A stretch of 59,452 bases of DNA, counting the filler. It is 4 parts of 4 records of this genome, joined end to end, with 100 filler letters (N's around TTAATTAATTAA, not from the genome) between each part and the next. Parts side by side here need not be neighbours in the genome. Positions count along the whole stretch, not along the records: positions 39,447 to 59,452 come from DRR723986_6859; 3 more parts are not named here. One strand, given 5' to 3'. The notes beneath the pieces are model-generated. The model was not told the DNA's origin, made no database searches, and saw only the letters and a list, made by a program, of their open reading frames with translations. Of the stretch, positions 49,928 to 57,210 are shown piece after piece (position 1 is the stretch's first letter; every line of letters starts with the position of its first letter). Both the position numbers and the translations under genes were made by a program.

Positions 49928-50536
49928 ATGGCTTGGGTGGTTTGGTCGCGTAACACTGCAACTTTGTTGTTGGGGCTATCCGGCTTTCTGCCCCTTGCAC
50001 AGGCCCAACAACTGGAACAGGCCATTTTCGGAGGGGGCTGCTTTTGGTGCATGGAAGAGGCATTCGAGAAAATCGGGGGAGTGAAATCGGTTGAATCAGG
50101 CTACACCGGCGGGCGAACCTCAGCCCCCACCTATGAGCAGGTGAGCCAAGGCAACACCGGCCATGTGGAAGTGGTGCGGGTGCACTACGACCCCAGGCAA
50201 ATCAGCTACAGCAACCTGTTGAAAGCCTTTTGGACCAACATTGACCCCACCGTTGAAAACCGGCAATTCTGCGATGTGGGTGAACAATACCGATCAGCCA
50301 TCTTCTATCTGAACGAACAACAACACCGCGAGGCCAAACAAAGCAAGGAACAACTGTTGGGCACCGGCAAATTCAAAAACATCTACACCACAGTTGAGGC
50401 CGCACAAACCTTCTATGTGGCCGAAGAATATCACCAAGATTTTTACCGGAAAAACCCCTTGCGCTACCGGTATTACAAAACCACCTGCGGCCGGGAAAAC
50501 CGTCTGAACGAGGTGTGGGGCTATACACCCAAATAA
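49928..50536 (+). CDS. msrA: Peptide-methionine (S)-S-oxide reductase with signal peptide
   Basis: GGGCFWCME, GYTGG, GHVEVV, GEQYRSAIF, AEEYHQD; AQA signal cleavage site. Confidence 0.93.
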   Translation: MAWVVWSRNTATLLLGLSGFLPLAQAQQLEQAIFGGGCFWCMEEAFEKIGGVKSVESGYTGGRTSAPTYEQVSQGNTGHVEVVRVHYDPRQISYSNLLKAFWTNIDPTVENRQFCDVGEQYRSAIFYLNEQQHREAKQSKEQLLGTGKFKNIYTTVEAAQTFYVAEEYHQDFYRKNPLRYRYYKTTCGRENRLNEVWGYTPK

Positions 50537-50612
50537 CAACACCTAGAACTGCAATTCCAGTAAAAACAGTCACATCCGGCTACACTTCACCCCAAATTCA
50601 CTCTATCCGACT

Positions 50613-52571
50613 GTGATGAAGCGTCAAGCACGCCTGTTGGCAATCCTCGCATTTGCTGCATTCACCATGCAGGCAGCCCCCAGTGCGTGGGCCGATACAC
50701 TGGAGAAGGTTCAGGATTGGCGCTCTGCCCTCCCCAACACCTGGCCGACCGGCGAAAAGGCCCTGGTGCAAGTGCGCAACAGCCGACTGGCCTTGGCCAA
50801 CAACATTCAATTCAATATTCAAAGCCTGCACGGCACGCTTGCCGCCATGCAGCCCGACCTGCCTGTTTCCCTCGAGAACCCGGCGGCCTACGCCGTGAAT
50901 GTGGAACATGCGCAACTTCGGATTGCCGACAACGTTTTGCAGGCACTCGTGCAGGCAGAACTGCAAGCCAGCGACGCCCCCTTGCGAATCAAGCAAGTGA
51001 CCACGCAAACCGATGGAATACTGATTACCGGGGACATCAAAAGGCTGGGCTTGTGGATTCCATTCACCATGGAAGGCATCCCCTCCGTGGCCAATCCACG
51101 GGAAATTACCCTGACCCCGCGCACCTTGAAGGTGGCAGGCGTACCCCTTTACAAAACATTGCTGGCCACCAACATTCAGTTGCAGTCGCTGATCGACATG
51201 AAGTCCAAAGCCGTAGCATTGCAAGGCCAGGCCATGGTGCTTCGCCTGGATCAAGTGCTGCCCGCCCCCAAACTTTCATTTGAACTGAATGCCGTGCAAC
51301 TGGGACAAGGCGAAGTCACCGTGTTGTTGGGCAAAGCCAGCCAGGCGCCCGGTTTCTTTTGTGAAGCCAATTGCCCCGCCAATTTTGTGTACACCCACGG
51401 CGGCGAATTGCGGGCCGCGGGTATGGTGCTGGCTGGCCAGCCCACCTTGGTCACAGGCATCAGCAATGGCAGCCTGCCCATCGCGCTACATGATTTGAAC
51501 AGCGTAATCAGCACCAGCACCGTGCAGCTTCGCACCGACGGTGCCCTGTGGATCAGCGCCCAGGAAGGGCTACTCAACCCTGCTGAAACGGCCTTGCTCA
51601 ACACTGGCGAGGCTGCCATTTCCCAACTTGAAGGTTTGAATCCTGCTCAAGAGGCAGTGACCTTGGCGGTGCACCATGCCACGCTGTTGTCGCGCGAGGG
51701 GATTGAACTGCGTGTTGAAAAACTGTTGGCCAGTACTCAATCCACCGACCTTGGCCAACTACCAACTGCCAAACAAACCGTGCATGTGGGCGAGATTTCG
51801 CTGAGCGAAGCCGCCATGAATACCCTGATGAACAAGGCATTGTTCAACTTCGAGGGCAGCCCGATCCGACAAGTAAACACCACCATTGGCGAGCCTCATT
51901 TGCAGCTTTCGCTGCAAGTGAAACCCGAGATTTTTGGCATACCGCTGTTCTGGTTGCCTGCCAAACTCAGCGGCCCGTTGCTTATTTCAAGCGACAGGCA
52001 GCACTTGGAATTTACACCCGCCGAAGTGCGCATGTTTGGCCTGTCCATGCTGCCGCTGATTGATTACGCCGGGTTGAAACTCAGCAGCTTTATCAAAATT
52101 GAAGAGGCTGCAGTCAAGCTGCACGACAACACCATTCGGATTGCCTTGGGCAGCGCACTGCCCCCACTGCAATTAAGCACCGAGCTGCGAGCCATCAAAA
52201 CCGTGCTGCGCTCGCCAATGGGGCCCTACCTGCAAGTGCATGTGGGCACATTGCCCACTGAAAAAATTGGCGAAATTTACAACACCATGGAATTGTTGCC
52301 CTTGGGCCTGTGGATGAAAACACCGGAATTCACCGCCTTGGGCATGCGCACCGGGCCCACGCTGGGCCATGTTTACAACGACCCGCGAAAGGAAAGACTG
52401 GTCATTGACCTGGCCCAATACCCTGACCTGCTGGCCAATGCCACCTTGCGCCTGCCGAGAAATGAACGGGTGTGGGTGAGCATGCCCAGCCCGGGCAACG
52501 GCTCACAGTACCCAATACAGGGCCATCGGCACGAAGATAAGGCTCATCAGGTTCCCCATCATCACCAGTGA
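50613..52571 (+). CDS. Secreted hypothetical protein with two tandem ~290-aa beta-rich modules
   Basis: 652-aa ORF, signal peptide (…SAWA), internal self-similarity visible by eye. Confidence 0.75.
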   Translation: MMKRQARLLAILAFAAFTMQAAPSAWADTLEKVQDWRSALPNTWPTGEKALVQVRNSRLALANNIQFNIQSLHGTLAAMQPDLPVSLENPAAYAVNVEHAQLRIADNVLQALVQAELQASDAPLRIKQVTTQTDGILITGDIKRLGLWIPFTMEGIPSVANPREITLTPRTLKVAGVPLYKTLLATNIQLQSLIDMKSKAVALQGQAMVLRLDQVLPAPKLSFELNAVQLGQGEVTVLLGKASQAPGFFCEANCPANFVYTHGGELRAAGMVLAGQPTLVTGISNGSLPIALHDLNSVISTSTVQLRTDGALWISAQEGLLNPAETALLNTGEAAISQLEGLNPAQEAVTLAVHHATLLSREGIELRVEKLLASTQSTDLGQLPTAKQTVHVGEISLSEAAMNTLMNKALFNFEGSPIRQVNTTIGEPHLQLSLQVKPEIFGIPLFWLPAKLSGPLLISSDRQHLEFTPAEVRMFGLSMLPLIDYAGLKLSSFIKIEEAAVKLHDNTIRIALGSALPPLQLSTELRAIKTVLRSPMGPYLQVHVGTLPTEKIGEIYNTMELLPLGLWMKTPEFTALGMRTGPTLGHVYNDPRKERLVIDLAQYPDLLANATLRLPRNERVWVSMPSPGNGSQYPIQGHRHEDKAHQVPHHHQ

Positions 52572-53375
52572 AGCCACACGCTGGGGTTGAAGGCCGTACT
52601 TTTCAGCAAACACAAAACTGAGCACCGCCGGTGGCAGGGCACCGAACACAATCAGCATCGCCGTGTGCTCGGGGCTTAAAGGCAGCAACCACACGCACAG
52701 GGCTGCAAAAATCAGCCCGGTGAGTGGGCACAGTACACCGCCAATGACACCCAGCTTTACATCCGAAAAGTCGGCTTGCGTTAGGCGAACCCCCAATGAA
52801 AACAGCAGCAGTGGAATGGACACATCGCCCACCATGTCGATTGCAAAATACAAGGGGGGCCACACTTCAATTTTCAGCACACTGACCAGCAAACCCGCAA
52901 TGGACGCTGCAATCACGGGCTCTTTCCACAACATCAAAATGCGGGCATTGGGGCTCATCATCCAGGTGCCCAGCGAGTAATGCAGCGTATTGCCCACCAA
53001 AAACAGCATCACGGCAGCGGGCAAGGCCTCCTCACCAAAGGCCAGAATGGCCAACGGCAAGCCCATGTTGCCGGAGTTGTTGAACATCATGGGGGGCACA
53101 AAAATTCGGCTATCGATTCCCAACAAACGGCCCACAGGCCAAGCCAACAAACCTGAACCCAACACCACAATGGCACCACCCACTGCCAGCAACCAATACG
53201 ATTCAATTTCAAACGACTTGCTGGCCAAAGCCGAGAACACCAGCGCCGGCACAAAAATTTCCATGTTCAGCTGGTTGGCGAATTTCATGTCGGGTTTTTT
53301 CACCCGTCCATACCAATACCCAAGGGCCACGACCGCAAACACCGGAAAAATAACCGCAACAATGCGCAAAAACAT
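52503..53375 (-). CDS. AEC (auxin efflux carrier / malate permease) family transporter
   Basis: PALVF, FNNSGNMGLP, IPLLLFSLG, ALPPAV; about 10 TM segments. Confidence 0.88.
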   Translation of the reverse strand: MFLRIVAVIFPVFAVVALGYWYGRVKKPDMKFANQLNMEIFVPALVFSALASKSFEIESYWLLAVGGAIVVLGSGLLAWPVGRLLGIDSRIFVPPMMFNNSGNMGLPLAILAFGEEALPAAVMLFLVGNTLHYSLGTWMMSPNARILMLWKEPVIAASIAGLLVSVLKIEVWPPLYFAIDMVGDVSIPLLLFSLGVRLTQADFSDVKLGVIGGVLCPLTGLIFAALCVWLLPLSPEHTAMLIVFGALPPAVLSFVFAEKYGLQPQRVASLVMMGNLMSLIFVPMALYWVL

Positions 53376-53440
53376 AGAAGGCCGCCGTACAGGGAAATAA
53401 CTGGGAAGTGACAGGGAAGATCGCAGTGTACTGCAAGCGT

Positions 53441-54352
53441 TTAATCGGGGCGATTCGGGTTTGTATTGGGGTTGATGTCAAACAACAGCTTCAAGGCAGG
53501 GTGGTTCAGGTTGCGCGGGTGCGTGAACGCAAAAAAATCTTCCACCACGCCTTGCGCATCGCCCATGTGCACCACGGTGTGGTCGCGCACCACGTCTTCA
53601 ATCAGCATGGCGGGTACGGCAAACAAACCCAAGCCTGCCCGGCCAAAGGTTTCCAGCAAAGCGAGGTCGTCGAACTCACCCACCACCGTCACCTCCACCC
53701 CCACACTTTCCAGCCAGTGTTCCAGTTTCAGTCGCAACACGTTGTTGCGCGATGGCATCAGGAAAGGCGCGTGTTGCAAGCTTTGTGGAAAGTTCGCGGC
53801 GTACTTCTGTTTCAAATCCGGGCTCGCAAAAATTCGCACCGGGTAAGTCAGCAACTTGGCCACCTGCAAGTGTGCAGTGCCCTGCCCACCGGGGCGCTCG
53901 GCCAACACCACGTCCACACTGTGTTGCACAAGCTCTGAACACAGGGCCTCGAACCGGCCTTCGTGGCACACCAGCCGCACAGGGCGCTGCATGCCCAATA
54001 TGGGTTCAATCATGTGAAACGACACTGTTTTGGGCAAGGCATCGGCAATGCCCACCGACAAACGCAGTGTGTAATCCAGTTGCTCGTCGCCCAGGCTTTC
54101 GGCCATTTGCTCGCCCAGCTGAAAAATTTGATCGGCATAGCGCAAAGCAATTCGCCCCGCCTCGGTCAGCCCCAAACCCCGCCCCACCGGCTGAAACAAT
54201 GCCCGCCCCAAAGTTTGTTCCAACTGGGTAATTTGGCTTGAAAGCGTTTGCGCGCGCAGCCCAAGCCGCTCGGCCGCCGCTGTCAGGCTGCCGGTGTTGG
54301 CCACCATCCAGAAATAGCGCAGGTGGTGGAAGTTCAGGTCGGTAAGTTTCAT
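53441..54352 (-). CDS. LysR-family regulator, NhaR-like
   Basis: LNFHHLRYFW, QTLSSQITQLE, YADQIF, VGIADALPK, VVGEFDDLALL. Confidence 0.88.
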   Translation of the reverse strand: MKLTDLNFHHLRYFWMVANTGSLTAAAERLGLRAQTLSSQITQLEQTLGRALFQPVGRGLGLTEAGRIALRYADQIFQLGEQMAESLGDEQLDYTLRLSVGIADALPKTVSFHMIEPILGMQRPVRLVCHEGRFEALCSELVQHSVDVVLAERPGGQGTAHLQVAKLLTYPVRIFASPDLKQKYAANFPQSLQHAPFLMPSRNNVLRLKLEHWLESVGVEVTVVGEFDDLALLETFGRAGLGLFAVPAMLIEDVVRDHTVVHMGDAQGVVEDFFAFTHPRNLNHPALKLLFDINPNTNPNRPD

Positions 54353-54358
54353 TAACCC

Positions 54359-54405
54359 TTCGATTTATTCGAATATTTATTAAGCAATTGTTCCATTTAT
54401 TCTTA
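54359..54405. promoter_or_regulatory. LysR/NhaR-type binding sites in divergent promoter
   Basis: Palindrome TTCGA-TTTAT-TCGAA (T-N11-A, 54359-54373) and degenerate copy TTCCATTTATTCTTA (54391-54405). Confidence 0.65.
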
Positions 54406-54459
54406 CATTGAACCGGCGTACACTTCAACTGTCTATTTCCCCGAAAGGAGGACGCAACC

Positions 54460-54804
54460 ATGAAAACTGAAATTGTGGCTCGGCATCCCGAGATCGATGA
54501 AACCCTGCGCAGGTACGTACTTCGCCGCGTGCGCTCGGCCATCAATCGACTTTCGACCCAGATTAAAAACATCACCGTGAAACTGGACCGGCACTCCGCA
54601 AAACAAGCCGACCAGCGCAACTGTGTGATTGAAATTCGTATCGACGGGCAAGCGCCCGTGATCGTAGACAGCGCCGGGCCGCATTGGCTTAGCGCAATTG
54701 ACCAGGCGGTTGAATCAGCAGCACGTGCTGTTCGCCGCCAACTGAAACACACCCTTCACCAGGTGACCCCCTTGCAATTGTTGAAAGGACAACACGCATC
54801 ATGA
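54460..54804 (+). CDS. HPF/RaiA-family ribosome-associated protein
   Basis: 114 aa with the S30AE-like pattern (LRRYVLRR...IxxITVKL...CVIEI...AIDQAVE...VRR); strong AGGAGG RBS. Confidence 0.75.
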   Translation: MKTEIVARHPEIDETLRRYVLRRVRSAINRLSTQIKNITVKLDRHSAKQADQRNCVIEIRIDGQAPVIVDSAGPHWLSAIDQAVESAARAVRRQLKHTLHQVTPLQLLKGQHAS

Positions 54805-55679
54805 AACGCATTGTTTTATTTTTAGCCACCAACGTCGCCATTATGGTGGTACTGGGCATTACCGTACATGTGCTGGGCTTGAACCAGTTCATGGCCGGGG
54901 GTCAGCTTAACCTGACCATGCTGCTGGCATTCAGTGCTGTACTGGGCTTTGGTGGTTCATTCATCAGCCTGTTGATCAGCAAAAAAGTAGCCAAGTGGAG
55001 CACCGGCGCACAAGTCATTGAAACACCACGCAACGCCACCGAGCAATGGCTGGTTAGCACGGTTCAACGCTTTGCAGACAAAGCCGGCATTCCCATGCCA
55101 GAAGTGGCCATTTACGAAGGCGCGCCCAACGCATTTGCCACTGGCCCCAGCAAAAGCAACTCACTGGTCGCGGTTAGCACTGGTTTGCTGCAAAGCATGA
55201 GCCGCGAGGAAGCCGAAGCCGTGTTGGCACACGAAGTGGCCCACATTGCCAATGGCGACATGGTGACACTCACGCTGATTCAAGGCGTGGTCAACACCTT
55301 TGTGTTCTTCCTGGCCCGCGTGGTGGGCTTTATGGTGGATCAGTTTTTGCGAAAAGACGATTCCGAATCAAGCGGCCAAGGCATGGGTTACTTCATCACC
55401 GTGATCGTGATGGAAATTACGCTGGGTATTTTGGCGTCCATCATCGTGATGTACTTCTCGCGTCAGCGTGAATTCCGCGCCGACTCGGGTGCAGCCTGGT
55501 TGATGGGCAACAAGCAACCCATGATTTCCGCTTTGAAGCGTTTGGGCGGCATGCAAGCCGGTGAACTGCCCTCGAACATGGCTGCATCCGGTATTTCAGG
55601 CAAAGGTGGTGTAATGGCCTTGTTCAGCAGCCACCCACCCATTGAGCAGCGCATCGAAGCATTGGCCCAGCAGCGATAA
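54801..55679 (+). CDS. htpX: Membrane zinc metalloprotease HtpX
   Basis: [48 protein letters not shown]. Confidence 0.96.
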   Translation: MKRIVLFLATNVAIMVVLGITVHVLGLNQFMAGGQLNLTMLLAFSAVLGFGGSFISLLISKKVAKWSTGAQVIETPRNATEQWLVSTVQRFADKAGIPMPEVAIYEGAPNAFATGPSKSNSLVAVSTGLLQSMSREEAEAVLAHEVAHIANGDMVTLTLIQGVVNTFVFFLARVVGFMVDQFLRKDDSESSGQGMGYFITVIVMEITLGILASIIVMYFSRQREFRADSGAAWLMGNKQPMISALKRLGGMQAGELPSNMAASGISGKGGVMALFSSHPPIEQRIEALAQQR

Positions 55680-55699
55680 AAACCAGCTGTGCGCTCATC

Positions 55700-55730
55700 A
55701 AAAAACCCGCCGAAGTTTGGCGGGTTTTTT
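55700..55730. terminator. Bidirectional intrinsic terminator
   Basis: AAAAAACCCGCC-GAAGTTT-GGCGGGTTTTTT between convergent genes. Confidence 0.85.
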
Positions 55731-55743
55731 GTTGGGGGGTGTT

Positions 55744-56277
55744 TCACATCACCCGGCGTACCTTCCAGAAGGTTTTTCGCCAGTACAAATCATCAAGCCG
55801 GCTGATGGTGACCCCCACCTTCGTGGAGGCATGCAAAAATTTTCCATCGCCCAAGTAAAAGCCCACGTGCTTGGTAGTGTACCCTGTTCGGAAAAATACA
55901 AGGTCGCCCACCTGCATCGCGTCGCGCTTCACCTCTGCACCCATATTGACTTGTTGATCGGTACTTCGCGGCGCAGCGATGTTGAAATGGGTATCCAAAG
56001 TTTGTTGCACAAAGGCCGAACAATCAATGCCCGCTTTTGAATTGCCGCCCAATTTGTAAGGTGTGCCGCGCCACTCCCGAAACTGGGCCAGCAACGCTTT
56101 TTGAACCTCAGGTTTTTCGGTTTCGAAACCGGTAAATACGGTGCCGTCTTCAAGCACCAAAGTATCTGAACCACTTTCTTGCAAACCCGCACAGGCCTGC
56201 AACAACAGCAGCAGGCACACGCCAGCAAATCGGCCAAACACAGCTACAGCTTGATTAAACAACCGCCTTCCTTTCAC
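55744..56277 (-). CDS. NlpC/P60 lipoprotein endopeptidase
   Basis: LQAC lipobox; GTPYKLGG, IDCSAF, GDLVFF, HVG, HAST; start uncertain. Confidence 0.9.
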   Translation of the reverse strand: MKGRRLFNQAVAVFGRFAGVCLLLLLQACAGLQESGSDTLVLEDGTVFTGFETEKPEVQKALLAQFREWRGTPYKLGGNSKAGIDCSAFVQQTLDTHFNIAAPRSTDQQVNMGAEVKRDAMQVGDLVFFRTGYTTKHVGFYLGDGKFLHASTKVGVTISRLDDLYWRKTFWKVRRVM

Positions 56278-56602
56278 TAAACCGGAGCAAACCCTTCACG
56301 AAGCGGTAAAGCAACCACAAACTTAAAATGCCGTAAACAATAAAGCCCACGCCAAACACCATGGTGATCATGGCCACCACAAACCAGAACATGCCAATCC
56401 AGAAGGTTGAAATAAGCCAGTCGTAATGGCTGTAATAAATAGTGCCCGCTGATTCGCCACGCTTCACATAACAAATAATGAGAGCAATCAGGATTGGAAT
56501 AAACGCCGTGAATATACCCACAGCACCCAACACATAGGCCACCAAAACGATGGTGCGGTTGGACTCTTCCTGATTGGGAACCGGATTAGGTTGATAGCTC
56601 AT
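56255..56602 (-). CDS. Small membrane protein (DUF4870-like)
   Basis: Three TM segments; YVKRG...SHYDWLISTFW, YRFVKG. Confidence 0.75.
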   Translation of the reverse strand: MSYQPNPVPNQEESNRTIVLVAYVLGAVGIFTAFIPILIALIICYVKRGESAGTIYYSHYDWLISTFWIGMFWFVVAMITMVFGVGFIVYGILSLWLLYRFVKGLLRFSERKAVV

Positions 56603-56654
56603 AGCGCTCCAGTGTCGGTAAGTACCTGCCCATTTTAGACGAGCGCACCGGCAT

Positions 56655-56686
56655 AAAAAAACCCCGAGGCCAATGCCCGGGGTTTT
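56655..56686 (-). terminator. Intrinsic terminator after glcG-like gene
   Basis: Minus strand AAAACCCCGGG...CTCGGGGTTTTTTT. Confidence 0.75.
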
Positions 56687-56709
56687 CTGTACTGCAGGAA
56701 TGGCAACTA

Positions 56710-57117
56710 TTACAGCTTCAGTGCTGCAATACCGGCACGCGCCACTTGTGCATCTTGATCCGATTTCACGCCGGAAACACCGACAGCGCCAACCACCTGA
56801 CCATCAACCACAATGGTTACGCCGCCTTCCAGCAAGCCGTCTACGTAAGGGGCGGTTACAAAGGCAGTGCGGCCGTTGTTGATCACGTCTTCCAGAATTT
56901 TGGTGTCTTTGCGGGCCATGGCAGCAGACTTGGCCTTGGATGGGCCAATGTGTGCGCTCATGGGGGGTGCGCCATCCAAACGCAGCATGCCCAACAAATG
57001 ACCACCATCGTCGGCCACAGCAATGGTTACGCCCCAGTTGTTGGCTTCGGCTTCCGCACGAGCGGCAGTCAAAATGGCTTGTACGTCATCTACAGACAAG
57101 ACGGCTTTGGTTTTCAT
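56710..57117 (-). CDS. GlcG/HbpS family heme-binding protein
   Basis: IAVADDGG, RLDGA, KAKSA, EGG, GAVGVSG, QDAQVARAG. Confidence 0.9.
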   Translation of the reverse strand: MKTKAVLSVDDVQAILTAARAEAEANNWGVTIAVADDGGHLLGMLRLDGAPPMSAHIGPSKAKSAAMARKDTKILEDVINNGRTAFVTAPYVDGLLEGGVTIVVDGQVVGAVGVSGVKSDQDAQVARAGIAALKL

Positions 57118-57210
57118 GAACTAACTCCGGTTTTGAATTAAAAATGTCAAAGCGAAGTATGCGGCAGACTCCCTGTGGTGGCTACACAGGAAGTCCCTAA
57201 TGCGAAATTA

